52,055 nt of DNA from Congzhengia sp. (lineage in GTDB: Bacteria; Bacillota; Clostridia; UBA1381; UBA9506), in assembly GCA_045660945.1 (NCBI GenBank), contig JAZRET010000067.1:1-52055 (forward strand), in the 5' to 3' direction. A program made the position numbers and the translations under genes. Below, piece by piece: positions 34,121 through 44,420 of the stretch. The first letter of the stretch is position 1. Each line of letters begins with the position of its first letter. Under the pieces are notes generated by a model. That model was not told the origin of the DNA. It saw only the letters and a list, made by a program, of their open reading frames with translations, and ran no database searches.

Positions 34121-36031
34121 TTAGTACCCTATTTCGCTATAAACAGACATCTTGCCCGCCTTGGCCGCCTGTTCCCCACGCACTTGTATCTCTTTGGCTT
34201 TTTGGTCACCTACATACACTTGTATAACAAAATTTTTGCTTTCGTTGGGGCCCCATTGGCCATACATTCTTTCTTGGAACTTTGCATATTCCTCTGGTGT
34301 TCTTTTGTTTATTAGGCTTGCCATTTCTTTGAACAAATAACCAGTGTTTTGGAAAACATCCTCATATGAAGTCTGGAATATTTGTCCACTTGCATACGCT
34401 TTTTGCAAATCTATAGAATTAGCAATTGGCACTGCCCCATATTGTGGCTTTGTATGTGTGAACACTGGCCGCAAACCAGCACTTGAGTCAAAGATACCAA
34501 TTTCGTTTTCTGTCACGGCAGTCGCGTTACCGCCTTCTGCCCACGCCAATTCAGCGTTGGCCAAACCGCGTTGCACACTTCCACCTTGCCAAGCCCCGCT
34601 ATACGCCACCATCATCTGGTCAATCCAATGCCCCTTCCCCGCATTTGCAAGTACTTTATTGAAAAACGGATCTTGCGCGAACGCTGCCATTCCTGCAGAA
34701 CCACCACCAACAGTCGAACCAGCCCACAATCTCATCATGGGCGGCAACGCCTGTAAGTCGCGCGCATAAGCGGCAGCCAATTCTGCATCGGATGCACCAG
34801 CCATAGCGGCCGCAAAGTAATTCGGCATAAGCGAATACATAAGCATTTCATTTTCGCCAACCTGGCCAAACATCATTCGCGCACCAAGTGTTTGCGAGTT
34901 ACCTACCATGTTTTCGACATCCGCTGCACTGGCCATGCCCATTTCTTGCACCATTCCGCCAAACGACACAGAATATGCGCCCCGGTACATATTATTCGCT
35001 CTAATCCTAGATTGAAAATCTTGTATGGTTCTTTGTTTGCCTTGAAATGCTTTTTCTAACGCAGTCCCTGGAAGGCCGCCTAAAGCACCACCAACAGTGC
35101 CTCCAAGTTGTGCCCCAATAAGTGCACCGCCAGGGCCTAATGTTGCGCCAAGTATGCCCCCAAACAAAGTCCCAGCAACCCCGCCACCTATCGTTCCTGC
35201 GGCTTTTACACGGCTATTGTAAGCCGCCACAGAACCAAACACATTTCTATCAACTTGTTGTTGCATGAAACTTGTTGAAAAAGCAGCGACCATTTGTGCA
35301 CCAGCGCCCACGGCTGCTACTGCTGTGTTAAGATAAAGCATGGCCTGTGTGTTTTTAGAAAGTGCCCTTATATGCTCCTTTTCGACCTCTTCTGCTTTTT
35401 TTATATCAACACTTTCAGCAACATCTTTGAATCTTCGCGATCTTACATATTTTGCAGCCGCCTCATATTTCTTTCTCGCAAACGCAATGTCTGTACTATC
35501 GCCTTTTTCAACAGCGCTTTCTAAATCGTCTTTTGCAGAATAAAAACTTTCAACCGCAGATTTGTACGCATCGGTTAGTTTTGCCCTACTTATTTTTTGG
35601 CTGCGGTCATAGTTTTTGCTGAAAGCATCGGCACGCCTGGACTCGTTAATAGCAGTCTGACCAGATGCTATAGCAATTGCGGCACTAATTTGTTGGTCTA
35701 TAGACCCCGCGCCTTTCCGCATCCATTCTTTGGTAGCGTTTATAATTTGTTGCATAGCAACTCTGCGCACCTGGCCACTAACACGAGTGTCGCCAGCAAT
35801 AGATGTTATGTGTGCGATGGCCTTTTGTGCACCTTCGTCTAGATAATAACCTTTTTTTGGGGTTTTTCCATTGTGCTCTTTGGGGATCGCCGAATATACG
35901 GCTTTAAAAGAATCCAAAAAGGCATTGGTGGCGGCATTTCCTGCCGCACGCCCAATTTCCTCACCGGTTTTCTTGGCAGATGCTACATCAGCCATTGCAC
36001 CTAAAACTATCCGCTCATCATAGTTCGCCAT
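34121..36031 (-). CDS. tape measure protein
   Basis: 636 aa, Ala/Gly-rich helical with hydrophobic segments; follows the chaperones. Confidence 0.75.
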   Translation of the reverse strand: MANYDERIVLGAMADVASAKKTGEEIGRAAGNAATNAFLDSFKAVYSAIPKEHNGKTPKKGYYLDEGAQKAIAHITSIAGDTRVSGQVRRVAMQQIINATKEWMRKGAGSIDQQISAAIAIASGQTAINESRRADAFSKNYDRSQKISRAKLTDAYKSAVESFYSAKDDLESAVEKGDSTDIAFARKKYEAAAKYVRSRRFKDVAESVDIKKAEEVEKEHIRALSKNTQAMLYLNTAVAAVGAGAQMVAAFSTSFMQQQVDRNVFGSVAAYNSRVKAAGTIGGGVAGTLFGGILGATLGPGGALIGAQLGGTVGGALGGLPGTALEKAFQGKQRTIQDFQSRIRANNMYRGAYSVSFGGMVQEMGMASAADVENMVGNSQTLGARMMFGQVGENEMLMYSLMPNYFAAAMAGASDAELAAAYARDLQALPPMMRLWAGSTVGGGSAGMAAFAQDPFFNKVLANAGKGHWIDQMMVAYSGAWQGGSVQRGLANAELAWAEGGNATAVTENEIGIFDSSAGLRPVFTHTKPQYGAVPIANSIDLQKAYASGQIFQTSYEDVFQNTGYLFKEMASLINKRTPEEYAKFQERMYGQWGPNESKNFVIQVYVGDQKAKEIQVRGEQAAKAGKMSVYSEIGY

Positions 36032-36032
36032 G

Positions 36033-36299
36033 CTATATTCTCTTATTTAACGCCCGTTTACGCTGTATCTTACGCTCTTCTTCTTGAATCAGTTTGTTCT
36101 CATAATTTATTAAATCATTAAGAACCTGTAAATCATACAAATTCAAGCTCCCATTTTTTAGGTCTGCATAAGATATGTACCCCTTCATTACTGGGTTCAA
36201 AAAGAACCAGTCGAAGTCTTCTTCTGGGGACGGCTTGGTTACTTTACCATCGCCTGCATATAGGTCGCTACGTCCTTGTCGCCCCCTAGGGATAAAGGG
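36033..36299 (-). CDS. tail assembly chaperone, -1 frameshift extension (gpGT-like)
   Basis: -1 frame open from the slippery C CCT TTA (36299-36293) to TAG at 36033, encoding ...DWFFLNPVMKGYISYADLKNGSLNLYDLQVLNDLI... Confidence 0.75.
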   Translation of the reverse strand, partial: PFIPRGRQGRSDLYAGDGKVTKPSPEEDFDWFFLNPVMKGYISYADLKNGSLNLYDLQVLNDLINYENKLIQEEERKIQRKRALNKRI

Positions 36300-36631
36300 A
36301 GAATTAGCCCATCCAAATACGCTAACTTCATGACTTCCAGTTCGCCAATAGATAACTGATCTAAAATAACAGGTCTGCCATCTACCGTGGTGTTTGCGGC
36401 TATCAACTTTAACAACTCTGCTTCCGCTTCAAATGTGTTCTGCATAATGAAAGCGTTACGCGCGTACACCATGCGCTTCTGTTGCATCACAGAATGCGGT
36501 AACGTCATAACCCAATGCTTGTCGTTATGAACGAAGTCGAATAACTCCGGAATGTCACCGCTTTTCTGTGCCGCTTCAACTCTCGCCTTGATCGCCTCTG
36601 TGTATTTTTCTTCTGTGTTTTTGGTTTCCAT
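36239..36631 (-). CDS. tail assembly chaperone (gpG-like)
   Basis: Between tube and tape measure; carries the slippery site. Confidence 0.75.
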   Translation of the reverse strand: METKNTEEKYTEAIKARVEAAQKSGDIPELFDFVHNDKHWVMTLPHSVMQQKRMVYARNAFIMQNTFEAEAELLKLIAANTTVDGRPVILDQLSIGELEVMKLAYLDGLILPLSLGGDKDVATYMQAMVK

Positions 36632-36647
36632 TTTTTACTCCTTTACA

Positions 36648-37256
36648 TTACGGGTTTTCTGATCCGCCTTCATCATACGAAGCGTTGTTGTATTTATCAA
36701 CAGTGCCAGAATATGTGATAGTTTCTTTATCATCCGGGAATGCGTTATTAGCATAATTAGAGCCCCAAGATGAGTAGGTACCAGAATTGAACTCTGCGTT
36801 GGAACATTTGAATGTCATTTCAAAGTCACCAGATGCACCAGCACCGGCTTCCAACCCAGCGAAGTTAACCAAGAAAGCCTGTGGCGCTACCAAGGTTTCG
36901 TTCTTAACACCAGTCGCACCGTTACCAAAGTTCCGGTTTGTGAAGTTAATACCAACCGTAGTTACATGCCCATTCAAGATTTCTTGAATCAAATATGTGC
37001 CCTTACAATAGTCCAAAGAATGGCGAAGCAAACGAATCGTAACCGTCCAGTTCTTGACCTTATACGATTTGTTAGCAAGCAATTGGCCAGTCGAACCTTC
37101 AAACACATTCATGACGTTTCCATCATTACCCGGTGTAGCCAAAATAGCCACATCATTAGGCCCAAGGTTCTTGGCCACAAGGTCGCCAAGTGGAGTTTGG
37201 ATGATGAAGTCCACCAAACCAATATCGTTAAAAGCACCTTCAAATTGTGTAGCCAT
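36648..37256 (-). CDS. tail tube protein
   Basis: Directly after the sheath; size and beta-rich composition. Confidence 0.7.
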   Translation of the reverse strand: MATQFEGAFNDIGLVDFIIQTPLGDLVAKNLGPNDVAILATPGNDGNVMNVFEGSTGQLLANKSYKVKNWTVTIRLLRHSLDYCKGTYLIQEILNGHVTTVGINFTNRNFGNGATGVKNETLVAPQAFLVNFAGLEAGAGASGDFEMTFKCSNAEFNSGTYSSWGSNYANNAFPDDKETITYSGTVDKYNNASYDEGGSENP

Positions 37257-37267
37257 TTAATTACTCC

Positions 37268-38425
37268 TTATTTTTTCAGTTCGTTGCCAATAACAACTTT
37301 CTTTGCCGAAGCGGTCAACAAACCAACACAATAGATGCCTTCCCACAAGCCGTTTGCACGCGCTACGCCGGTTGGAATCGGAATGTTAATCTTGTAACCC
37401 GGATTCGGTATTACATCGCCATCCAACGCAACACCACCAGAAATCATGCCAGAAGCAGAAAGTTCGTTCAAGCATTTAACCAATGTGTTGTTCAACAGAA
37501 CCGCACCGTCTTGGTTCATCGCCAAACGTGGAACTGATTGTAACAGTTGGAAGACAGCCACGGAAACTCTGTAATTCAAGTAATCCGCAGAAATGAAATC
37601 TGAAACATCATCGCCAGAAGGCAAGTTGCCGCGTTCCCAAGCAGGCAAGCCAACAACCTTAATGTTCGCATACACATTGCAGTTTTTCGCATCCAAGTTC
37701 TTAAACCGTGCCGTTGGGCTCTGGGTGTTGCCAGCAACAGTAATGGTTAAATCAACCGGTGCTATACCAGAAGCGCGTTTGTGTGCCAATGAACACATCT
37801 GACGGCTAGAAGCATCAAACCTGCGTGTAGCATAGAACGAAGCCATACCAGCAGAATAATATTTGTTAGTGTTAGTAGATTCAGACCAACACACAACCGA
37901 ATGTGTGTAGTTGTTGTTTCTGCAGTACGCAGCAACAGAAGCAGTATCCGTTTCTAAATCTTTTGTTAAGGCGTCTGTTGAATGATCATCCAAATACAGC
38001 ATATGCGCGGTTGTCGTTAAAGCCGCTTCGTTCGCAGCAGCAGCCGCTTTTTGCATATCCGCAGTAAAGTTCGTATCCAACACGATACCATAGTACGCTT
38101 CACTCGTTAAAAGCGCAGTAAAGTTTGTAGTGAAATCGCTGGTCGTAGAAGCGCTAATAACCGCTACGGTAATAGGCGAAGTCGGTGTAATACCGTTATA
38201 CCCAGTACCATAGAAAATAGTTGCAGCCTTGGCGCCTTCAGAGTTAGAAGCGGCATCCAAAAGATCCTGCAAGTTATCATAAGTGGTTATGGTTGTAGCA
38301 GCACCATCTGTGCCTTTTTGCACAAACAGCAAAGCACCCCAATCACGCGCAACATTCACTGGCGTAGCAGCCACCGAGGTGGTAACGTCAACGAATTCAC
38401 GAATGTTAATAACATTAGTTGCCAT
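37268..38425 (-). CDS. tail sheath protein (DUF3383-like)
   Basis: VDV...V, L..K...GI, N.N.Y, D.L...V...VF.LL....R....DG motifs. Confidence 0.8.
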   Translation of the reverse strand: MATNVINIREFVDVTTSVAATPVNVARDWGALLFVQKGTDGAATTITTYDNLQDLLDAASNSEGAKAATIFYGTGYNGITPTSPITVAVISASTTSDFTTNFTALLTSEAYYGIVLDTNFTADMQKAAAAANEAALTTTAHMLYLDDHSTDALTKDLETDTASVAAYCRNNNYTHSVVCWSESTNTNKYYSAGMASFYATRRFDASSRQMCSLAHKRASGIAPVDLTITVAGNTQSPTARFKNLDAKNCNVYANIKVVGLPAWERGNLPSGDDVSDFISADYLNYRVSVAVFQLLQSVPRLAMNQDGAVLLNNTLVKCLNELSASGMISGGVALDGDVIPNPGYKINIPIPTGVARANGLWEGIYCVGLLTASAKKVVIGNELKK

Positions 38426-38434
38426 TTAATTCTC

Positions 38435-39022
38435 CTATATTTTTAACTCAGTGGTTAGTTCTACAGAATCCGGCAGGTCTGCCAATGTGTCTGGCCTGTT
38501 GACGAATTCCACAGCATCTCGCACTATCACTTCTTCCTTGAAGTTCATACGCATTTCAAAATGCGCACGCTCTGTCCAAACTCCGTTTTCCAAGTCAGAC
38601 AGGTTTTTCAAGGTAGAAACTCTTTCTAGTCCTAACAACCGCCCACTTTGTCTTACAAAATCATTATAGCGGTTGTTTTGTAAGTTAGCAATGATGAATC
38701 TTGCCGCATCAAAGGCATCACCAAGCCCTTTGGACATTACATTCACATAAACATCAAAGGTTCGCAATTCGTATATATGTTCGCCACCTTGTGCATCGTA
38801 ATACACTGTTCCGCGCCCATAACGCTGTGCTCGCCAGTTGTTGTAATTATCTATGCGAATGGTAACTATTGTCTTTGCGTCTGGCATAACGCTTATTTTT
38901 TGCCGTTCGGCCAATACCCTATGTGTTGGGTCAGCAGAGAAGTTAAATGCAGCATAATTACTTCCTATTAAAGCCTTAATCATGTTACAAATGTACTTTT
39001 CCAATTCTACATATGTTAACAT
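38435..39022 (-). CDS. neck/tail terminator protein
   Basis: Synteny; W.ERA.F.M..N pattern. Confidence 0.6.
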   Translation of the reverse strand: MLTYVELEKYICNMIKALIGSNYAAFNFSADPTHRVLAERQKISVMPDAKTIVTIRIDNYNNWRAQRYGRGTVYYDAQGGEHIYELRTFDVYVNVMSKGLGDAFDAARFIIANLQNNRYNDFVRQSGRLLGLERVSTLKNLSDLENGVWTERAHFEMRMNFKEEVIVRDAVEFVNRPDTLADLPDSVELTTELKI

Positions 39023-39426
39023 TAGAAACTCCTATCTGGGTTGACCGAATCTGGTGCATAACGCGACATAGCAACTTCATAGTACCCTTGTTGGAAAGGC
39101 GTGCCTTCATCCCACACCCACGAAGTAACCCCGCGTACATACCAGTCCTTATTGTTAAAATGAACCACTACAACCTTATTGCCGGCAGGTAGTGGCAGTT
39201 TCTTTAGTGTGTAAATCACATAAAATTCGTTTGTGGCGTAGTCCGGGTATCCCTTTAACTGCGCTTCAGCGGCAGTCATAGGTTGCACACTCTTACGCGC
39301 CCTAAATGTTTGGGTGGCAGAAGTTTCACTGGCAAAGCCATCCACATATGTGATAGTCTTATACGAAGCCGTAACAACGCCCCCAGAAATTAACGGATCC
39401 GCTAAAGCATCAGTAAAGAAAGACAT
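39022..39426 (-). CDS. head closure protein
   Basis: SVQP motif, DG......T pattern and synteny. Confidence 0.6.
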   Translation of the reverse strand: MSFFTDALADPLISGGVVTASYKTITYVDGFASETSATQTFRARKSVQPMTAAEAQLKGYPDYATNEFYVIYTLKKLPLPAGNKVVVVHFNNKDWYVRGVTSWVWDEGTPFQQGYYEVAMSRYAPDSVNPDRSF

Positions 39427-39437
39427 CTTATCTCCTT

Positions 39438-40061
39438 TTAATAGTCATAATCGTCATCATCGCCGACTTTTGTTTCTTCGTATTCTTTCATAACAGCATC
39501 ATACCCGGCTGTGCTGTGCCCCAACATCTGGTTTATAAACGCTACATCTTTTTCAGATTTACCATATGTCTTAATAAGATCTTCAATGCTTTGCCCTTTA
39601 TAGGTTTCTGCGATATCTTTAGCTATTTGTTTGTCTATTTCGTTCAAAACACCGTGCTGTCTTCTAGTTCTTTCTAGCGCTTCTTGGTGTGCGGTGTTTA
39701 TTGTTGTATTTTTTGTGGGCAACGCCTGGGGCGTGTTTCGTTGGCCCTTCCTAACAGATTTTACTGCTATTTCTTTCGAATCGCCAGTTAAGTCTTTTTC
39801 TATTTTGTTGGCCAGTGCGCTCCACCTTGCGTTTACACGCGCCAGTTCTAATTGTGTTTTCTTCCAGTACGCCCCTTTATATTTCTTTAAAAGCGGAGCA
39901 CCAGCCTTTCCACCAAGATTTACATGTGGGGTTATCCGCATATAAAAGTCTTTTCCCCCAGGCCCGTCGTCAACCAATTCCTGGTGCCAAGTAACACTGA
40001 TAGGAATTTTAACAGTTTCGCGATATACTCTTAATCCTGCCATTATATGCCCTCTACCCAA
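39438..40061 (-). CDS. hypothetical protein in the neck module
   Basis: 207 aa ORF; start may be the ATG at 40043. Confidence 0.55.
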   Translation of the reverse strand: MGRGHIMAGLRVYRETVKIPISVTWHQELVDDGPGGKDFYMRITPHVNLGGKAGAPLLKKYKGAYWKKTQLELARVNARWSALANKIEKDLTGDSKEIAVKSVRKGQRNTPQALPTKNTTINTAHQEALERTRRQHGVLNEIDKQIAKDIAETYKGQSIEDLIKTYGKSEKDVAFINQMLGHSTAGYDAVMKEYEETKVGDDDDYDY

Positions 40062-40606
40062 TGCTTTACATTGTTTACCAGTTCGCCTGTGTTTATTAAG
40101 GGTTGGTTAAAACCCTTGTGTTTTTCTGTGGACTTGGCGTTCTTGGGTTGAACCATTAGTAATGCCTGTATTTGGTTGTTTGCCATTTCGTTGGCAATAC
40201 GCAGCAATACGCGTTCCGGCCCACGCCTGCCACCAGCAAACGAAGCCTGGCCTGTGGTTTTATTCCAGCCTTCGTAAGTTCTTTCTTTTGAACCACTCAT
40301 AGCAGCCGCTACAGCCTCTTCAAAATCCCGTGCGCCAGTAACATCTTCAAGCGCATGATCTATAAAGTGCCGTTCTGGTATAATACCAACCTGTACGCTC
40401 TCCAAATGCGAAAACTGGCGTTGAACGGCTTGTGTTTTCCGTATTGTGCCACCATAATGGTTTATGCGTGCCTTGCGCTGGTTTTCTGGATCGTTTGTTA
40501 TCCCAGCACAAGCAGAGCCTTTTTCAAACTGCGCTAACGCCCGGCCAACCTTTTCGGTTAGTACCATGGTTACCCTGCTTTCAAAAGCCCTCGCCAGTCT
40601 TCCCAT
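40043..40606 (-). CDS. neck/tail completion protein
   Basis: A.IN.YG, IPERHFI and N..ST...KG...PLI.TG.L motifs. Confidence 0.72.
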   Translation of the reverse strand: MGRLARAFESRVTMVLTEKVGRALAQFEKGSACAGITNDPENQRKARINHYGGTIRKTQAVQRQFSHLESVQVGIIPERHFIDHALEDVTGARDFEEAVAAAMSGSKERTYEGWNKTTGQASFAGGRRGPERVLLRIANEMANNQIQALLMVQPKNAKSTEKHKGFNQPLINTGELVNNVKHWVEGI

Positions 40607-41481
40607 TATTCGCCTGTGCTACCGCCCTTAAGAATCCGTACGTTTCCACGAAGGTAAGGCATCATAAGGTTGAACGCCTTGCGGCCATAGTCATTTGTGG
40701 AAAGGAATTCATAAGACGGATAATTCTTAAACAATTTCGATTCCATATAGGAAACACTCATTTTCCCAACAGTTCTACTCAAAACAGGCCCCGCAGCGCT
40801 GTTACCATTCATGCCACTAGAAGCCATTTGTCTGTCGTACACCAAGAAGAACATCGTCAGATAAAGGAATATTAGTTTACCTTTCTCTTCAGCGAACAAG
40901 TTTACATTGAACTTAAACGATGCTTCGCCCATAGCACGCAGAATATCTGCATCCAGAATAACATCTGAAAGGTTCGCTGTTTCATCAACGTCCAACTCCC
41001 ACGCTTCAGTGTTAGTGCCCGGAACAGCATAATTGCCGCCAATCTTGGACTTCCATACGCCCGGTTTAAAGTTTACAACAGCAATAACCTTATCATTCGC
41101 TGCGTATTCTTTTGGTGCTTGCCATTGGGTGTAATCATACGGAACATCTGGTATGATTTTCCAATTATCGATGTCGGTTCCTGGATCGTCGACAAGCGCT
41201 TGCCACCATTCGTAACCATCATCGCCCAAGTCACGAATAATATCGCCCTTGTCGTATGTGACTTCCGGATCGTAATGGCCGATAACTAATTGCCACCCGT
41301 CAAGTGTACCTGGCACTTCATAGTTGTCTGCGTGTGTAGATTTCCACAACTCATCATCGTACATAACATAAACATCAGCATCATAAGTCGTTTTCACGAA
41401 CGTCTCATATGGTTGATATTCTAAACCAGCCTCGCGCAAAAAATATAGTTTGAACTCTTCAAGAGTTATAGGAAATATCAT
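40606..41481 (-). CDS. head-tail adaptor (DUF4054-like) with inserted carbohydrate-binding-like repeats
   Basis: C-terminal S..VG..SVSY...T.YG..F motif; central W...Y...D.V....W.S repeats. Confidence 0.7.
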   Translation of the reverse strand: MIFPITLEEFKLYFLREAGLEYQPYETFVKTTYDADVYVMYDDELWKSTHADNYEVPGTLDGWQLVIGHYDPEVTYDKGDIIRDLGDDGYEWWQALVDDPGTDIDNWKIIPDVPYDYTQWQAPKEYAANDKVIAVVNFKPGVWKSKIGGNYAVPGTNTEAWELDVDETANLSDVILDADILRAMGEASFKFNVNLFAEEKGKLIFLYLTMFFLVYDRQMASSGMNGNSAAGPVLSRTVGKMSVSYMESKLFKNYPSYEFLSTNDYGRKAFNLMMPYLRGNVRILKGGSTGE

Positions 41482-41678
41482 TTCTTAGTCTTTTTTGTTG
41501 GTTTTGGTTCTTCTTCAACTTGTTCTGTAACAAACACTTTGTTTTTGCCATATAAACCAGACAAAATGTCTGCTTCCCAATCTTCAACAACCGTCAAGCC
41601 ATGCGCACGCAACCAACCGCCGGTTATTGTTAAGATATCATTTTTTGTTTGATTTGTTACTCTTACGCTTTTTGCCAT
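41478..41678 (-). CDS. small head-associated protein
   Basis: ORF after the capsid gene with Lys-rich tail. Confidence 0.55.
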   Translation of the reverse strand: MAKSVRVTNQTKNDILTITGGWLRAHGLTVVEDWEADILSGLYGKNKVFVTEQVEEEPKPTKKTKK

Positions 41679-41874
41679 TTTCTTCCACCTTTTCTATTGT
41701 TTCGGTTTTACCTTCAATTACAGGTTTGTCTTCAATAATCTCACTATTGAACAAGCCCGCAATGCTTTTTGCGTGTTCCGCAGCCATTTCAACTGCTTCG
41801 CCCGGTTTGATTTCTATTGTGGTGCCTTTGTACATCCAAAAGAAAGATGTGTGGCCGTTATTCTTAATTTTCAT
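41638..41874 (-). CDS. small head-associated protein
   Basis: AGGAG RBS; I.PGE.VE motif typical of post-capsid small proteins. Confidence 0.6.
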   Translation of the reverse strand: MKIKNNGHTSFFWMYKGTTIEIKPGEAVEMAAEHAKSIAGLFNSEIIEDKPVIEGKTETIEKVEENGKKRKSNKSNKK

Positions 41875-41891
41875 TTGTCGCTCCTATGATT

Positions 41892-41920
41892 AAGGGCGGG
41901 GCTTTTTACCCCGCCCCCTT
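41892..41920 (-). terminator. hairpin after the major capsid gene (terminator/stabiliser)
   Basis: GGGCGGGG/CCCCGCCC inverted repeat. Confidence 0.55.
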
Positions 41921-41941
41921 TAAGGCCTCGTTGGCTAAGCC

Positions 41942-42973
41942 TTAGGCTTTTTGCCAAGTCAAGTAAACCATTTCCGCTGGACGGTTCACGAACACGTCAG
42001 ACAAACGAGCATACGCTGTGTTCTGATAGTTCATGCCATCAACTGTAGCACCTTGAACCACATTGTAGTCATACGGTCTGTAAACACGCAATGTGTCAAA
42101 GTCTCTGCGGTACAAGACGTATTTGTAATAACCACCATTGAATTCTGGTTCGCAGTACGCCAACATCTTAATATCAGCGTTCGGGTTACCCGTAACTTCG
42201 CGGAACACTTCTTTCGCACGAGTCAACATTGACTGAACTAACGGATATTGTTCGTCAACCGCAACACCCAAACCTAAGAAGTCAGATGGTGCAATCGCCA
42301 AAGTATCCGGCAAAACAGTCATTGAAGAGTTCTTGAAGTATTCAGCAAACACTGAACCCAAGAATGTGCGGAATTCGCCAGAAGTCATTGTCGAAATTGG
42401 TTTCGTCAACACAGTCGTGTTAGAAGCGACACCAGTTTGGTTCAACAAGCCTTTGAAGTTGGAATCGCCCAACAGAACTGCTTTCTGTACCGCTAAGTCG
42501 TAGTCGCGTTTGCGTGCACGTTCTTTTTCGGTAACAATGTTCCAACGGCCTGTTTCCATTGCTGAACGCATTTCAAACAATGAATACGAAACCATTTTTG
42601 CCAAGTTGTGAATCTTCAAAGATTCAGCACCCAGCGTAACACCAACTTGTGCACGGCGAGCATTGTCTGCATCTACACCGCGTTCCCATGTGGAAATATC
42701 CGCATCGGTATTGCTGTAGTTACGCAATACAGTGATGAAATCTGCCCAGCCACCTTGTGTGGTATCAAACGGGACAAACAGCTCTGGATCTATTTGATAG
42801 AACTTCTGTTGCGAAACTTCCCGTTCGATTTGTGTTAACAAGGTAACATCGATGTCACCGTAACCCAAGTCATTTAATAACGCTTGGTTGCGATCAATAA
42901 CCGCTAACTCATCCGAGTTAAACAGTTCTTCGCGTTCTTTTTCAACGCCATTTACTAAGTATTTTTTTGCCAT
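41942..42973 (-). CDS. major capsid protein (DUF2184-like)
   Basis: 343 aa; YS..E...A, GD....GLLN, PDTLAI.P motifs. Confidence 0.85.
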   Translation of the reverse strand: MAKKYLVNGVEKEREELFNSDELAVIDRNQALLNDLGYGDIDVTLLTQIEREVSQQKFYQIDPELFVPFDTTQGGWADFITVLRNYSNTDADISTWERGVDADNARRAQVGVTLGAESLKIHNLAKMVSYSLFEMRSAMETGRWNIVTEKERARKRDYDLAVQKAVLLGDSNFKGLLNQTGVASNTTVLTKPISTMTSGEFRTFLGSVFAEYFKNSSMTVLPDTLAIAPSDFLGLGVAVDEQYPLVQSMLTRAKEVFREVTGNPNADIKMLAYCEPEFNGGYYKYVLYRRDFDTLRVYRPYDYNVVQGATVDGMNYQNTAYARLSDVFVNRPAEMVYLTWQKA

Positions 42974-42989
42974 CGTAAATGCTCCTTAA

Positions 42990-43472
42990 TTATATTGCCT
43001 GGCGAATAACTTCAACAGCAATTAAGGTACCGTCTGTCGAAGCAGATGTTTTCTGCAACGAAATACCCATTTTGATGTTATTCGTAGATGTGGTTGTGAT
43101 TTCGCCAGTAGCAGGAATCATATAAACAACTGCGCCTGCGTTAATGGCTTCTGTAGTAGCCTCAGAAATAACGCCACCATCGCAAAGAACGGAAACGATA
43201 TCACCCGCTTTGTAGGTTTCGTGTTTCGGGTTGTACAAGATATAGCCATATACTCTTGTGCTCGCAGTAGCAGCAGCAACTTTCAGTTTGCCTGTGGATG
43301 TAGCCACGATAGCAACTGGGTCGCCAGCATACAAAGCGGTTGCTTGTGTGCTGTCAATTTCAACTTCCATAACATGCGCGTTCAAGCCCCAGTCCAGATA
43401 TTCGCCGCGAATACGGTTCGGCGCAAACTGGTTCAAGGAATGTGCATAGAATGTCGTTTTATCAAATGCCAT
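42990..43472 (-). CDS. head decoration/cement protein
   Basis: 160 aa Ala/Thr-rich, between scaffold and capsid genes. Confidence 0.7.
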   Translation of the reverse strand: MAFDKTTFYAHSLNQFAPNRIRGEYLDWGLNAHVMEVEIDSTQATALYAGDPVAIVATSTGKLKVAAATASTRVYGYILYNPKHETYKAGDIVSVLCDGGVISEATTEAINAGAVVYMIPATGEITTTSTNNIKMGISLQKTSASTDGTLIAVEVIRQAI

Positions 43473-43485
43473 TTTGTTCTCCTTA

Positions 43486-44418
43486 TTACAGTTTTACATT
43501 TGGGACTTTAACGATAATATCTTTGACTTCTTCAGTCAAAGCGTTGTTTAAGTCCTTTCTCAAATCAGCATCCGTCTCCGGCGCCGTTTCTTGAGTTCCT
43601 TCAACAGGTGCCGCTTCCGGCGCCTGTGTTTCAGCCGCAGCAGCAGCCTCTTCAAGACGCTTTTCAGCCTCTTCAAGTTTGGCCTTCAAATCTACTTTTT
43701 CGGCTTCCAAACCCTCAATGGTCTTTTCATGTTCCGCAACCTTTTCTGTGGCCGCTTCCAATTCGTTGACCAATTCTTCAATAGTCTTGTCGCCAATCTT
43801 TGTGTTAATCAACACGTCTTTGTCCAACTCGACTTTGTTTTTCTTTATTCCAAACATAATGTTATCCTTTTGATTGAATAGAACCCCGTCAGAAACCAAG
43901 CACTCGTCTTCAGAGTTCCTCCATATCTCTGTCCCATTATACCGTGGGTTTTTGACTAACGCAAGATGCATCATCTCGCCGCCAAGAATCTCACGTTTGT
44001 ATGTGACATTGTTCAGTTTAACTTCGTCAGCAGATAAGTCTGCACGGTACGCACAAGAAACATATGGTAAAGAACCATTATCGATCTTTTCAATCGTTTT
44101 TGGGCAAAATACCACAAAGTCTGCATACCAATTGCCAGATTCGTCCCTGTCAACAGCAGAAACATACCCAACAGCCTTGTCCAACATATCTGATTCATCT
44201 ACAATGTCTTGGTGGCCAACAATGACCGGGCAACGCTTTAATGTGTACGCAAATTCATCCAGGGCATATTGGGGCAGAAGGTAAGTCCCTTCTTTGTACC
44301 CAACAGCGCCAGCACAGATGAACTTCGCACGGTATGTCATACCTTTCGGTATCTCTTGTTCAACAGGCAACGTCTTACGTTTGTTTTCTTTATCAAACTC
44401 ATTACATCTAGTTGCCAT
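43486..44418 (-). CDS. prohead protease/scaffold (DUF2213-like)
   Basis: PV..GH, SCAY, HLALV..PR motifs; coiled-coil acidic C-terminus. Confidence 0.8.
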   Translation of the reverse strand: MATRCNEFDKENKRKTLPVEQEIPKGMTYRAKFICAGAVGYKEGTYLLPQYALDEFAYTLKRCPVIVGHQDIVDESDMLDKAVGYVSAVDRDESGNWYADFVVFCPKTIEKIDNGSLPYVSCAYRADLSADEVKLNNVTYKREILGGEMMHLALVKNPRYNGTEIWRNSEDECLVSDGVLFNQKDNIMFGIKKNKVELDKDVLINTKIGDKTIEELVNELEAATEKVAEHEKTIEGLEAEKVDLKAKLEEAEKRLEEAAAAAETQAPEAAPVEGTQETAPETDADLRKDLNNALTEEVKDIIVKVPNVKL

Positions 44419-44420
44419 TT

